A DNA stretch of 64,000 bases, from contig CAVTLO010000003.1 of the NCBI GenBank assembly GCA_963735615.1, positions 132,079 to 196,078 on the forward strand, read 5' to 3'. Shown here piece by piece: positions 19,956 to 31,252 of the stretch. Position 1 is the stretch's first letter. Each line of letters starts with the position of its first letter. The translations under genes and the position numbers were made by a program. The notes under the pieces were generated by a model. It did not search any database. It was not told the DNA's origin and saw only the letters and a program-made list of their open reading frames with translations. This stretch comes from an uncultured Solirubrobacteraceae bacterium. GTDB lineage: Bacteria > Actinomycetota > Thermoleophilia > Solirubrobacterales > Solirubrobacteraceae.

Positions 19956-21074
19956 TCACACGGCGAGCAACTTAGCGAGAGCCTCGATCGAGTAGCGCTC
20001 GCGCACGAGCGCGCGTCCGCGGCTGCCGAGCTCCCCGCCGCCCTCGCGCAGGACGCGCACGAGTGCCGCGGCGAACTGCTCGCCTCCGTCCGCTATCAGG
20101 CAGTGCTCGCCGTCACGCAGATGGAGACGGCTAGCCGCCTGACGCGTGGCGATCACCGGCAGCCCGTGGGCGAGTGCCTCGATCAGCTTCAGCGGCGAGC
20201 CACCACCCTGCATTAGGGGCACGACGGCGCAAGACGCCTGCGCGTAGGCGCTGTGCAGGTCCTCGACGAAGCCGAGCGCTTGCACGCGCGGGTCGCTCGA
20301 GGGTGGCTGCGCGAGGCCGGCGCCGACGAGCGTCAGCCGCGCGTCGGGGAGCTGCGTCCACACTAGCGGGAAGACCTCGTCGAGCAGAAAGCGCAGGCCA
20401 TCTAGGTTGGGTGCGTAGGCGAAGCTGGCGACGAAGATCGCGTTGCGTGCGCCGGTGAGCGGCGTGATCGGAGCGATCGCCTCGACGTCGATCGCGTTGG
20501 GCGCGTAGCGCAACCGCGCGTCGGGGCACAGCTCGCGCGCGGCCTGGAGGTCGGGCTCGCTGACCATCCAGCTTTCGCTGGCACGCTCGAGCAGGCCGCG
20601 CTCGAAGGCGCGCATCGCCTTGCGCGCGCGCGTGCCGCTGCTCAGCTGGTGGCGGAAGCTCGACTCGAGGTTGTGGGCGTTGTAGATGACCGGCCGCTGG
20701 CGCGCAAGCCGCGCGAGCGCGGCGGCGGCGATCGGCCCATCGGCGATCACACGCCCGCGGCCGGCATCGTCCGCGAGCGCGCCCGCTCGCTCTGCCAGCT
20801 CTCGCGAGACCCCGCGCGCGAACCCCTTCGGCACGCCATCCAGGCGCGCGCTGGCGTAGGCGAGCAGGCGCCGCAGGCCGCGGGAGGGAAGCACCTCGCA
20901 TAGCTGCACCCCGGCGATCGTGCGGAAGGCCTCGTCGGGCTCGACCGCGCCGAAGCGGACGAACAGCAGATCCAGTCCACGGTGCTCGGCGAGGGCGCGG
21001 GCGACCGCATATGTGCGCATCGCCTGGCCCGATCGCAGCACCGGCGTATGCGTGGTGACGAGCAGATCTCTCAC
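19956..21074 (-). CDS. Glycosyltransferase family 4
   Basis: YNAHNLES, FVASFAYAPNLDG, GGSPLKLIEALAHGLPVI. Confidence 0.85.
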   Translation of the reverse strand: MRDLLVTTHTPVLRSGQAMRTYAVARALAEHRGLDLLFVRFGAVEPDEAFRTIAGVQLCEVLPSRGLRRLLAYASARLDGVPKGFARGVSRELAERAGALADDAGRGRVIADGPIAAAALARLARQRPVIYNAHNLESSFRHQLSSGTRARKAMRAFERGLLERASESWMVSEPDLQAARELCPDARLRYAPNAIDVEAIAPITPLTGARNAIFVASFAYAPNLDGLRFLLDEVFPLVWTQLPDARLTLVGAGLAQPPSSDPRVQALGFVEDLHSAYAQASCAVVPLMQGGGSPLKLIEALAHGLPVIATRQAASRLHLRDGEHCLIADGGEQFAAALVRVLREGGGELGSRGRALVRERYSIEALAKLLAV

Positions 21075-22333
21075 CGCTCACTCGCCTTTCGGTCATCGCG
21101 AGGCGCTTCCAGTGCGGTGATCGCCACGGCGATCTCGTGCAGGCGCTGCTCCCACGAGTGCGACGTGGCGGCGCGCGAGCGCTCCCGGCGGCGCTCGGGG
21201 CTGTCGTCGGCGAGCGCGCGATCGAGCAGGCCGGCGATGCCCGCGGCGTCTGGTGCGGTGAGGACGCTGGCCACGCCGTCGAGGGCTGGCAGCGGCGTGG
21301 CGATCACGGGTAGCCCGGCGGCGAGGTACTCATAGACCTTCATTGGGAAGATGCTGTCGGTGAGCTGGTTGCGCGCGTACGGGATCAGCCCGGCGTCGGC
21401 GACGCGCAGGACGTCCGGCAGCTCGCCGTAGGCGCGGCGGCCGAGCAGGTGGATGTTTGGCTCGCTCGCGAGCGCGGAGACATCGGTGCGCGGGTCGCCG
21501 GGGCCGACGGGGCCGACCAGACAGAACGACCATGTCGGGCGCAGCCGCGCGAGCTCGACCAGCAACGGGATGTCGAGCTTGCTCGCGACGATCGCGCCGG
21601 TGAAGACGACCCGGGGCGCGGGCAGCGCGGCGATGGCGGTGTCGAGCGGGGCAGGTGGGCTCGGCTCCAGCGCGCGCGAGAACAGCTCCGTGTCGGCGAC
21701 GTTGGGTGCATCAACGACGTGCTTGGAGAGCGTTCGCAGCCGCTCGGCGAGCGCCGGTGCACTGGCCAGCACGAGGTCAGCGCGCCCGGCGAAGCGTGCC
21801 TCCGCCGCGCGAAAGCTGGCAGTGTCGATGCGCTCCTGCGCGGCGATGTCATCGACGCAGTGGTAGACGACCAGTGACGGCTCAAGCGCGTCGATCAGCA
21901 CCTCTGCCTGGGGCACGTACGCCCACAGGATCGGCCTGTGCATCCCCAGCCGGCGGGCGGCGCGACGTACGAGCGCCGATAGCAGGCGGGCGTTGAGCGC
22001 GCGCGCCGCACGCGAGCGGTGCAGCGGCAGCACCAGCGGCGAGAGCACGTGCAGCCCATCGCGCGCCCGCGGTGGCGCCAACCCACGCGCGAGGCGTCGT
22101 CGGATGCGAGCGAGATCGCGCGCGGCGAGCTGCGGTCGGCGCAGGCCGAGCGACTCGACGAACACGACGCGGTTCTCGCGCGCCAGGCGCGACATCAGGT
22201 GATGCTGGTTGGTCCACAGCTCGGTGTCCCAGTCGGCGAAGCCGACGCACACGATGTCACGGCCGCGGAGGCGTGGGGGCTCGCCCATCGGCGCCATGAT
22301 TCCAGGCTGAGTAGTCTCGCGGCGGTGATCCAC
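21071..22333 (-). CDS. Glycosyltransferase (GT-B, TuaH-like)
   Basis: WTNQHHLMSRLA, YHCVDD, FPMKVYEYLAAGLPVI; start uncertain. Confidence 0.82.
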   Translation of the reverse strand: MDHRRETTQPGIMAPMGEPPRLRGRDIVCVGFADWDTELWTNQHHLMSRLARENRVVFVESLGLRRPQLAARDLARIRRRLARGLAPPRARDGLHVLSPLVLPLHRSRAARALNARLLSALVRRAARRLGMHRPILWAYVPQAEVLIDALEPSLVVYHCVDDIAAQERIDTASFRAAEARFAGRADLVLASAPALAERLRTLSKHVVDAPNVADTELFSRALEPSPPAPLDTAIAALPAPRVVFTGAIVASKLDIPLLVELARLRPTWSFCLVGPVGPGDPRTDVSALASEPNIHLLGRRAYGELPDVLRVADAGLIPYARNQLTDSIFPMKVYEYLAAGLPVIATPLPALDGVASVLTAPDAAGIAGLLDRALADDSPERRRERSRAATSHSWEQRLHEIAVAITALEAPRDDRKASER

Positions 22334-22398
22334 AGCGTTAGAGCGGATCTCCAGCGCCCGCGCCAGCGTCCGTGCGCGTGGGTCTGCGGGGCTGAGCG

Positions 22399-23556
22399 GT
22401 GAGCGTGGCGCTGCTAGAGCAGTTGCGCGCGCGCTTCCCGCGAGTGGCCGTGGTCCACGACTGGCTCACGATCCCCGGCGGCTCTGAGCAGGTGGTGCTC
22501 GAGCTGCTGGAGATGTTCCCGCAGGCCGAGCTGTTCACGTCGGTGTATGACCCAGCGCCGTGGCCCGCGCAGATCACGCGGCGGACCGTCCACAGCTCAT
22601 TCCTGAATCGGATCCCGGGCGCCGTGCGCCACTACCCGAAGCTGCTGCCGCTGATGAACATGGCATTCCGCTCATTCGATCTGGACGGCTTCGACTTGGT
22701 GCTGTCGAGCAGTCACGCGTGCGCGAAGAACGTGCGCGCGCCGCGCTCCGCGCTGCACGTGTGCTACTGCCACACGCCGATGCGCTATGCGTGGGAGCAG
22801 GGCTTCCTCGCGGGCGAGGATGTCGGTCGCGCGCTGCGCGTGGCGCTGCCACCGCTGCTGGCGTGGCTGCGCCGGGCCGACCTCGCGGGCGCGGCTGGCC
22901 CCGACGTGTTCATCGCCAACTCCCAGCATGTGGCGGCGCGCATCGAGCGTTACTACGGGCGCTCGGCGCAGATCGTGCATCCGCCGGTGGACGTCGAGCA
23001 CTTCCTCGGGCTGGAGCGCCACGTCGGCGACTACTACCTCGCGTTCGGGCGGGTCGTGCCGTACAAGCGCGTCGACCTCGCGGTCGCGGCGTGCGCGCGC
23101 CTCGGCAGGCATCTGAAGGTAGCGGGCGACGGCCGTGCGCTCGGCGCGGTACGCGCGGCCGCACCGGCGGGCGAGGGCATCGAGCTCCTCGGCAATGTCT
23201 CGGCCGACGAGCGCGACCGGCTGCTGTGCGGCGCGCGCGCGCTGCTGTTCCCGGGTGAGGAGGACTTTGGGATCGTTCCCGTCGAGGCGCAGGCGGCCGG
23301 CCTGCCGGTGATCGCCTACGGTGTCGGCGGGGCTGGCGAGACGATCCTCGACGGCCGCACGGGCGTGCTGTTCGCGGAGCAGAGCGCGAACGCGCTGGCG
23401 GCGGCGATCGAGCGCTTCGAGGGACTGGCGCTGGAGGAGAGCGCAATGAGGGATAACGCGCGCCGTTTCGGGCGCGAGCGCTTTCGCGCGGAGATAGCCG
23501 CCGTCATCGAGGGCGCCCGCGAGGAGCGGCGCTTGCCGATGTACGACCGCGCCTAA
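22399..23556 (+). CDS. Glycosyltransferase family 4 (WbaZ-like)
   Basis: VAVVHDWLT..GGSE, YCHTPMRYAW, RVVPYKRVD, EEDFGIVPVEAQAAGLPVIAYG. Confidence 0.9.
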   Translation: MSVALLEQLRARFPRVAVVHDWLTIPGGSEQVVLELLEMFPQAELFTSVYDPAPWPAQITRRTVHSSFLNRIPGAVRHYPKLLPLMNMAFRSFDLDGFDLVLSSSHACAKNVRAPRSALHVCYCHTPMRYAWEQGFLAGEDVGRALRVALPPLLAWLRRADLAGAAGPDVFIANSQHVAARIERYYGRSAQIVHPPVDVEHFLGLERHVGDYYLAFGRVVPYKRVDLAVAACARLGRHLKVAGDGRALGAVRAAAPAGEGIELLGNVSADERDRLLCGARALLFPGEEDFGIVPVEAQAAGLPVIAYGVGGAGETILDGRTGVLFAEQSANALAAAIERFEGLALEESAMRDNARRFGRERFRAEIAAVIEGAREERRLPMYDRA

Positions 23557-23593
23557 GCCGAGCGCGACCCACGGCGGTCGGGATAGCGTCTGC

Positions 23594-24838
23594 TCAGCGC
23601 TCGAGCCCGAATGCGCGCTCGGCCTCGTCGGCGACGTGCCGGGCGATCGCCAATGAGGAGGTGGCGGCGGGGGAGGGCGCGTTGCGGACATGCAACGCCC
23701 GCTCGGTGTGGGAGAAGACGAAGTCGTCCACCAGCTTGCCGTCGCGGCTGAGCGCCTGCGCGCGCACGCCAGCGAACGCGGGCCGCACGTCGGCGACGCG
23801 CAAATCGGGCACGTAGCGCGCGGCGGCGCGGACGAAGGCGGAGCGCAGCGCCGCATGGCGCAGCTCGGTAATGCCGGTGCGCCACCAGTGGGCGAGCATC
23901 CGCCAGCTCCCGGGCCAGGTGAGCGTGTCGAGCAGATCCCGGCGATGGACCGTCGCAAGACTGTAGGCGTCGCGCGCGCCGACCATCAGCGCGGTCGGCC
24001 CGACCAGGACATCGCCGTCGATGTGCTTGGTCAGGTGCACGCCGAGGAACGGCAGCGACGGGTCGGGCACGGGGTAGATCAACGAGCGAACCAGCTCGCG
24101 GCGCTCGGGCACAAGCCGCAGGTAGGCGCCGCGGAACGGCACGATCCGCGGATCGGGGTCTGCGCCGGCGGCGACAGCGAGGCGGTCGGCCCAAGCGCCG
24201 GCGCAGAAGACGGCGTGGCCGGCCTCGGTGCTGCCGTGCGCGTGCGTGAGGCGCAACGAGCGTCCGGCGACACTGACGGAGTGCACGCCGCAACTGGTGG
24301 CGACGGTGGCGCCGGCGTCGAGCACGTCGTTGGCGTAGGAGCGCGCGACGGCGCCGAAGTCGGCGATGCCGGTCTGCGGAGAGTGCAGCCCGGCGATGCC
24401 GCGCGCGTGCGGCTCGAGCTCCCGGATGCCGGCGGCGTCGATCCTGCGCAGGCCCGGCACGCCGTTGGCCCTGCCTCGCCGCTCGAGCTCATCGAGCCGC
24501 CCCAGCTCGGAGGAGTCGGTCGCGACGATCACCTTGCCGCAGCGTTCGTGGGCGATGGCGCGCTGCTCGCAGTACTCGTACATCTCACGCGCGCCCTCGA
24601 CGCACAGCCGCGCCTTGAGCGAGCCGGGCACGTAGTAGACGCCGGCGTGGATCACACCGGAGTTGTGGCCGGTCTGATGCCTGCCGATCTCGGTCTCGCG
24701 CTCGAGCACGCACAAGGACGCGCGCGGGTTGCGGGCGATCAGCTCGCGCGCAACCGCCAGGCCCACGATCCCGCCGCCGACGACCGCCAGGTCGCAGCGT
24801 TCGGGCGGCCGCTCGCCAAGTTGCACGTTGCCCACCAC
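23594..24838 (-). CDS. lhgO: L-2-hydroxyglutarate oxidase
   Basis: VVGGGIVGLA, HQTGHNSGVIHAGVYY.PGSLKARLC, IYPVPDPSLPFLGVH, HVRNAPSPAATSSLAI. Confidence 0.88.
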   Translation of the reverse strand: MVGNVQLGERPPERCDLAVVGGGIVGLAVARELIARNPRASLCVLERETEIGRHQTGHNSGVIHAGVYYVPGSLKARLCVEGAREMYEYCEQRAIAHERCGKVIVATDSSELGRLDELERRGRANGVPGLRRIDAAGIRELEPHARGIAGLHSPQTGIADFGAVARSYANDVLDAGATVATSCGVHSVSVAGRSLRLTHAHGSTEAGHAVFCAGAWADRLAVAAGADPDPRIVPFRGAYLRLVPERRELVRSLIYPVPDPSLPFLGVHLTKHIDGDVLVGPTALMVGARDAYSLATVHRRDLLDTLTWPGSWRMLAHWWRTGITELRHAALRSAFVRAAARYVPDLRVADVRPAFAGVRAQALSRDGKLVDDFVFSHTERALHVRNAPSPAATSSLAIARHVADEAERAFGLER

Positions 24839-24848
24839 TCGGGCGCCG

Positions 24849-26329
24849 CTACCTCGCCACCGCGCCGGGGCCGCCGGGGGCGGTGGCCGCCGCGGCGTCA
24901 ACCAAGCCGGCGCCGTACAGGCGTTCGTCGCCGCCACCGCCGAGCTTGCGCGCGGTGGCCTTCAGGCGGGCGGTGATTTGCGCGGGCGTCGGGTGGCGGC
25001 CGAGCACGCCGCTCGCGATGATCAGCGCGGCGGTCGCCGCCACGTGGGGCGTGGCCATCGAGGTGCCTTCATAGCCGGAGGGCATACCGAACTTACTGTA
25101 CGAGCTGCCTGTGAACGTCACCTGGTAGACGTCACGGCCGGGCGGCTTTTCGGGGAAGCAGTTGGGGTCGCCGGGGAGGTTTGCGTCGGCGCCACCGCCT
25201 GGTGCGACGAGCGTGAGGCCGGCGCCGTCGTTGGAGTAGTCGGCCAGGCACCCGTGTTCGGTGGTGGCGCCGACCGACACGACGTTGGGTGCCCGCGCAG
25301 GGTAAGCGAGGGCGGTGTGGCCCTCGTTGCCGGCGGCGGCGACCACGAGCACGCCGTGGCGGTGGGCGTAGTTGAGCGCCTGGATCAGCTCGGGGATGTC
25401 CGAGGCGGTGACGCCGGGTGAGAACTCGAGGCTGAGGTTGATCACCTGCGCACCGTGCCTGACCGCGAAGTACACGCCTTCTGCGATCGTCGAAGCTTCA
25501 CCTTCTCCCTGGCTGTCGAGCACCCGCACGGGCATAATGCGCGCGGCGAACGCGAGGCCGGTGAGGCCGTAGCGGTTGTTGGTGGCCTCGGCGATCGTGG
25601 ACGCGACGAACGTCCCATGCCCGTTGCGGTCGTTCGGGTATGGGTTTTTGGCGACGAAGTCATAGCCTTTGACGAACGTGTAGCGGCCGAAGTCGGGCGA
25701 GCGGCGGAAGGGGCCGCGGTTGGCGTACGCGACGCCGGTGTCGAGCACGGCGACGATCACCCCCTTGCCGCCGGGCGCGCCGTCGGCAGCGACGTTCGCC
25801 CATGCTTCGGGGGCGTTTACACCGAAGGTGCCCACGAAGTTCCATTGCAGTTCCTCCCAGCCCTCCGGCTGATGGCTCGTGCCTTCGTCGTCGGGGATCA
25901 GCCCACCGGCCACGCTCGCGCGATAGTCGGGTACCGCCCACGCGACGCCCGGCTGCGCGCGCAGGCGGCGCAGGGCGCTTGCGACGGCGACGCCCGGCGC
26001 GAGGTGCAGCAGGCGCGTGTGGACGCTCCCCGAGGCTTGTTCCACCTGTTGGCTGGTGTCGGCTACGGCACCGGCGTGGCGTGGGATGAGAGCGCCGTTC
26101 GGACCGGCGGGGGCGTAGCCGACGACCACCTCGTTGGACGCATACGGGCCGGGGGCCGGGGGGAGGCGGGAGCGCTCGCCAGAGCTGTAGCGCCCGCGCC
26201 TGCCGTTGGCTGTGCGCTCACGCCGGCAGGCGGCGCGCCGAGCAAAGTCGTGGCGGCGAAAGATGCGAGCAGGATCGAGAGCCGCGGTACGGTGCGGCGC
26301 AGGCCTGCGCTGGCGGTGTGGAGGCGCAT
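24849..26329 (-). CDS. Secreted S8 (subtilisin-like) serine peptidase; apparent frameshift in a G6/C6 run at 26158-26163
   Basis: Triad motifs AVLDTGV, GHGTFVA, GTSMATPHV. The signal peptide MRLHTAS...LLASFAATTLLG lies in another frame from ATG 26329 and joins if one C is added. Confidence 0.8.
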
Positions 26330-26402
26330 CGTGTTTGGGTAATGATGATGTGCCGGCGATGCGGCGGGGCAGGCACTGTCGCAGACGCCGCGGGCGAGAT
26401 CG

Positions 26403-26867
26403 ATGAGCGGACGCTTCTTCCCACGCGACGACTACTTCATGCGCATGGCCCTGCGCGAGGCCGAGCGCGCGTTGGAACACGACGACGTGCCGATTGGCGC
26501 GGTGCTCGTGCGCGACGGCGAGCTCGTGGCGGCGGCGCACAACGAGCGCGAGCTGCGCCAGGATCCGACGGCCCACGCCGAGATCATCGCCCTGCGCGAG
26601 GCCGCCCGACTCGCCGGCAGCTGGCGGCTGCTCGACACGGTCGTGTACGTGACGCTCGAGCCGTGCGCGATGTGCGCGGGGGCGCTCGTGCTCGCGCGGG
26701 TGCCGCGCGTGGTTTACGGCGCGAGCGATCCCAAGGCAGGGGCGTGCGGGAGCGTGTTGGACGTACTCGGCGAGCCGCGGCTGAACCACCGCCCGGAGGT
26801 TGCCGGCGGGTTGCTCGCGCAGGAATGCGGGGATCTGCTCAGCGAGTTCTTCGCGTCGCGGCGGTAG
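26403..26867 (+). CDS. tadA: tRNA adenosine(34) deaminase
   Basis: DVPIGAVLV, DPTAHAE, VTLEPCAMC, YGASDPKAGACGS, LNHRPEV. Confidence 0.95.
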   Translation: MSGRFFPRDDYFMRMALREAERALEHDDVPIGAVLVRDGELVAAAHNERELRQDPTAHAEIIALREAARLAGSWRLLDTVVYVTLEPCAMCAGALVLARVPRVVYGASDPKAGACGSVLDVLGEPRLNHRPEVAGGLLAQECGDLLSEFFASRR

Positions 26868-27756
26868 ACGTGCTGCTGTCGATCGGCAGCTCTACGGTTG
26901 GGTGCCCGTGCGCTATGCGCCATGCCTCCGTCTGGGCGACCTCGTCAAAGAGTCGCGTATTGCGTCCGTGCGCCACCGACGGTGGCATCGCCCGCCGGGC
27001 GCCGCGGAGAGCGTGGACGGTGGTTGTGAAGGCGACCGCGTGCGCGGGCGTCCAGCGCAATTGGTACATAGAACGCACACGCGGAGGCAGTGAGCCGAGC
27101 ATGATCAGATCATGCAGGCGCTTGAACGGCTGGGCATGAGCGGCCATCGGGATCTCGAATGCGATTGCGTGGCCGGTGTAGTGGGCCGCGTCGGTGAGCC
27201 ACGCGTTGGTGCTTGCGAGGAAGCCATCGTAGTAGGCGCGGAACTCCGGGTACGTTTCGGGCGCAGCGTCGCGTGGCATGCCGAACAGCACCGCGAAGCT
27301 GATGTAATCCCGCCACAAGGCTTCGCGCTCGTCGTCGCTGAGGCGCCGGACGAAGAGGTCGTAGAAGCACTCTGCGGAGTCCATCATCACAGCGACGGTC
27401 CAGAGCATGAGCTCGCCGTCAAACGCGTCGTATGGTGTACCCGCGGGATGAGGACCGACCTGCCGGGGGAGCGTGCCGTGGACACGGGTGTGCATCTTGT
27501 GCACCGCCGCGAGGACCTCGTCGGCCTCTGCGCGTGAGCCCAGCATGATCGCCTCGAACCACCTCGCAGTATGTGCAAGGCGCTTGAACGGAGTTGCCTT
27601 CGCCGCCGTGTGCTCGTTCGTCCCGACGTAGTTCAGCGGGGCGAGCGCGCCGACGCAAAGCGCGCGCTGTCCATAGAACACGCCTACCAGCCGCTCCTCG
27701 TGGACTTTGCGGAGCACCGACCTGCCGCGGGGGAAATAGCCATCGTCTGCGCCCAT
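26839..27756 (-). CDS. Oxygenase MpaB / DUF2236 family protein
   Basis: [41 protein letters not shown]; start ATG 27756. Confidence 0.8.
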   Translation of the reverse strand: MGADDGYFPRGRSVLRKVHEERLVGVFYGQRALCVGALAPLNYVGTNEHTAAKATPFKRLAHTARWFEAIMLGSRAEADEVLAAVHKMHTRVHGTLPRQVGPHPAGTPYDAFDGELMLWTVAVMMDSAECFYDLFVRRLSDDEREALWRDYISFAVLFGMPRDAAPETYPEFRAYYDGFLASTNAWLTDAAHYTGHAIAFEIPMAAHAQPFKRLHDLIMLGSLPPRVRSMYQLRWTPAHAVAFTTTVHALRGARRAMPPSVAHGRNTRLFDEVAQTEAWRIAHGHPTVELPIDSSTSTAATRRTR

Positions 27757-27816
27757 GCGGGGATGGTAGGGAGCCGGCGGCGTGGGGCCCGTCTGTTGGA
27801 TGCCGGCGAGCGGTCC

Positions 27817-28005
27817 GTGGATACGCTCGACCAACTCACCCCGCAGGAGGAGCAGGTCGCGCGCCTTGCCGCGAACGGAGTGACGAACCGAGAGATCGCG
27901 ACTCAGCTCTTCATCACCCAGAGTACCGTCGAGTACCACCTACGCAAGGCATTCCGTAAGCTCGACGTGAAGTCGCGCACCCAGCTCGCACACCGTATCT
28001 CGTAG
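27817..28005 (+). pseudogene. LuxR-type HTH C-terminal fragment (remnant of a MalT/LuxR regulator)
   Basis: [48 protein letters not shown]; no N-terminal domain upstream. Confidence 0.7.
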
Positions 28006-28047
28006 CTGTCCGCCGATCGTTTGCGTTCTAATCTTGCGGGCGTGGCT

Positions 28048-28359
28048 GTGGCGGAACGGATCGAGGTGGCTGACGCGCCTGAGCGTGAGCGCTAGGAGCT
28101 GTCGATCGACGGTGAGGTGGTTGGCTTCAGTGCCTATTGTGCACGGCCTGGCCTGATCGCGTTCGTCCACACTGAGGTCGACGAACGCCTCCAAGGTCGC
28201 GGGCTGGCTGATCGGTTGATCCGGTTTGCTCTGGAAGACGCCCGCGCACGTCATCTGGCGGTGCTGCCGTTCTGTCCGTTCGTCAAATCGTTCATCGAAC
28301 GTCATCGGGAGTTCGAGGAGCTCGTTCCAGAGGCTTACAGGGAGCAGTTCGGCTTGTGA
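28048..28359 (+). pseudogene. YjdJ-like GNAT N-acetyltransferase with an in-frame TAG at 28093
   Basis: ERER*ELSIDGEVVGFSAY...FVHTEVD..LQGRGLA..L...LPFCPFV; the stop sits where Tyr is usual. Confidence 0.75.
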
Positions 28360-28384
28360 AACGCTACGAGGCGAGCACATCGAG

Positions 28385-31252
28385 GTGAGCTACGACGCAG
28401 TTCGCGCGGCACCGCGAAGCGCACCGCTCGCGTCGGCCACAAGGGGGCGAGACCGCGAGCTCGGTGCACTGGGCGAGCAACTGGGTCGCGTCCGCTCGGG
28501 CACCGGCGCGGTGGTGCTGATCGAGGGAGGGGCCGGCATGGGCAAGACCCGCCTGCTCGAGGAGGCCGCGGCGATGGCATCTCGGATGTCCTTCAAGGTT
28601 GGGTGTGGAGTGGCCGATCCAGGCGATAGCGTGGTCGAGTTGGCGCCGCTGCTGGGTGCGCTCTCGGATGGTCCAGAGGCACCATTCGACCGGGCAAAGC
28701 TCCGAGATCTGCCGCTGCGCGCGGAGCAGCGATACTGGTTGCATCAGGATCTGCAGACGCTGCTCGAACGCTCCGCGCTCCAGACACCGCTGCTGCTGTG
28801 TATCGATGACCTCCACTGGGCCGACAACGCCACTGCGGCCGCGCTCCGTGCCTTGCTGCCTCGCCTGGCGGCGGTTCCCGTTGCGTGGGCGATCGCATAT
28901 CGACCCGTCGAGGGGTCTGACGGACTGCTGAGCGCAGTTGGTCAGCTTGGGCCTGCCGCCACTCGCATCGTTCTCGGTCCTCTGGAGGAGCCGGCAATCG
29001 CAGAAGTCGCAGAAGACGCGATGCAGGCGGAGCCCGACGATGCGCTCCTGGAGATGGCCGCGCGGGCTGGTGGGAGCCCCTTCGTGTTGGCGGAGTTGCT
29101 CGCCGGCCTTCGCGAGGAGCAGCTCGTGCGGATCGCATCCGGGCGCGCGGAACTATTGGAAGACAGGCCCCCCCATCGCGTAAGCGAGAGCATGCGCAAG
29201 CGATTGACACGGCTATCCGAGCCATTGCGCCGGGCTGCCACTGTCGCCTCCTAGCTCGGGCGCCGATTCTCGTTCACGGAGTTGGCTGCCATGTTGGATA
29301 GCCCACCATGGGCGCTGCTGGAACCGGTCCAGGGCCTGATCGACGCGGGCCTGCTCGCACAGGCGGATGACAGGCTCGCGTTTAGGCACGATCTCACACG
29401 TGAGGCGGTACGAGACAGCGTGCCCGTCTCGGCTCGGCGCGCACTCGACCGACAGGCCGCCGACGTGCTGCTTGCCGCAGGGGCGCTGCCCGTCGAGGTC
29501 GCCGTTCAACTCGCCGCGAGCGCCGAACCGGGCGACGAGCTCGCGATCTCGACCCTCCTTAAAGCTGCTGAGGCGCTCGGCACATCTGAGCCGCGTGCCG
29601 GCGCCGAGCTTGCTCGTCGCGCGCTCGATCTGGCGCCGCCCAAGCATTCGCTGCGCGGGCCGCTCGTCACGCAGACTGCGCTGCTGATGCATGCGGCCGG
29701 GCAGGGCGAGGAAGCAAAGGCGTTCGCCGACAGCGCTCTGCGCGAGGCGCTCCCGGCGGAGCAGGAGGCGGAGGTTCGACTCGGCATCGCGTCGATGTTC
29801 GGGCTCTCCCCTGACCTGCGCGCGGACGCTGGGCGCAAAGCGCTTCTGGTCTCAGAGATCCCCGCGGCGCTTCGCGCGCGCCACCTCGCGCGGCTCGCTC
29901 ACAATCTCCTCGTTGGCGGACGCTTCCAGGAAGCTCGCGCGATCCTGCCCGACGCGAGAGCGGCGGTTCAAGCAACCGAGGACCCAAGCGCTTGGTTTAC
30001 GTTGCAACTCGTCGACGGTGGTCTCGAGCACGTCGACGGCCACTACCGACGTTCGCTGGAGATGATCGAGGACGCCATGCGCAGCGGCCTGGACGGAAGC
30101 GAGGACGCGCGCGAGGGCATCGTGCGACAGTGGGTGCGCGGTGCATTCAGGGGGCTCGACCGACTCGAGCAGGCGCTTGAGCTCGCAAACGAAGGAGTGA
30201 GCGCCGCAGAACGCGATCGCCAGGGCTGGGCGCTGCAGCTGGCGGAGGTCTGGCGGGGCACGGATTTGTTGATGCTTGGCAGGCTGCGTGACGCGCAAGC
30301 CGCCCTGCAGGGGCTGTTCAGCCCAGAGGACGCGCACCTCGTGGTCGGCCTGGGGGACGCGGAGGGAGTCGTCGCGCTCGGGCGCATCGCGATCCATACC
30401 GGCGACGCGCGGCAAGCTCGAGAGACCGCGGAGATCGCTCGCGTGATGTTGTCCAACGGGACTCCAGGAGTGCGCCGGCACGCCGCATGGTTGCTCGCGC
30501 TGCAGGCGATGGCACGAGGCGACCATGAGGGTGCACGGGCGTGTCTATGCGCGCTCGGCGTGGAGGAGCGCAAGTCGATTCTCCCGCGTCTTGCCGCGGA
30601 CGTCACCGACGAGATCCAGCTGGTTCGCATCGCAGTGGCCACCGACGACAGCGAGCTCGCACAAAGCGGCCTAGCGGCCGCCAAGTGCCGCGCCGAGCTC
30701 AATCCCGACATTGCGACGATCACCGCGACGGCGGCTCACGTCCGTGGATTGCTCGGCAGTGACCCGGAGGAGCTTGCGAGTGCAGTCGAGCTCTTCAAGA
30801 ACAGCCCGCGTCGCCTGGCCTTCGCGGCAGCGCTCGAGGATCTCGGTGTCTCGCGGGTCGATCGCGGTGCGCGAGGTCTCGCGATCGAGGCTCTGGGCGA
30901 GGCGCTCGAACACTATGCGAGGGCTGATGCCACCTGCGACGCTGCGAGATTGCGCCGTCGTCTGAGGGACCTTGGGGTGCGCCGGCGCTTGGTCCCAGCC
31001 GGACGTCCGGACACGAGCTGGACTGCACTAACCGAGGCCGAGCTCGCCGTCGCCCGGTTGGTCGCCGAGGGCCTCACCAATCGCGACACGGCCGCACGTC
31101 TGTTCATCTCACCGCACACCGTCAGCAGTCATCTGCGTCACGTGTTCGCCAAGCTCGGCATCAACTCTCGAGTAGAACTCACGCGGCTGGCCGCGGAACA
31201 CGAGCAGCCAGCGAGCAGCGCCGCCAGACGTGGCGCGCTCGCTACGCCGTAA
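28385..31252 (+). pseudogene. AAA-ATPase + LuxR HTH regulator (MalT-like) with an in-frame TAG at 29252
   Basis: Walker A GGAGMGKT and LCIDDLHWAD, then same-frame continuation VAS*LGRRFS, and C-terminal LTEAELAVARLVAEGLTNRDTAARLFISPHTV. Confidence 0.8.

Noticed and set aside
24849-26789. 646-aa S8 protease as given in the ORF track
   Set aside because: The N-terminal extension is antisense to tadA and reads as nonsense; the real signal peptide is in another frame from 26329.
28093-29254. Amber (TAG) recoding or pyrrolysine/suppressor readthrough
   Set aside because: TAG is used as a normal stop elsewhere (e.g. 8865, 26867, 28005, 46122, 51931); no pyl genes are present; all tRNA copies read CGA, not CUA.
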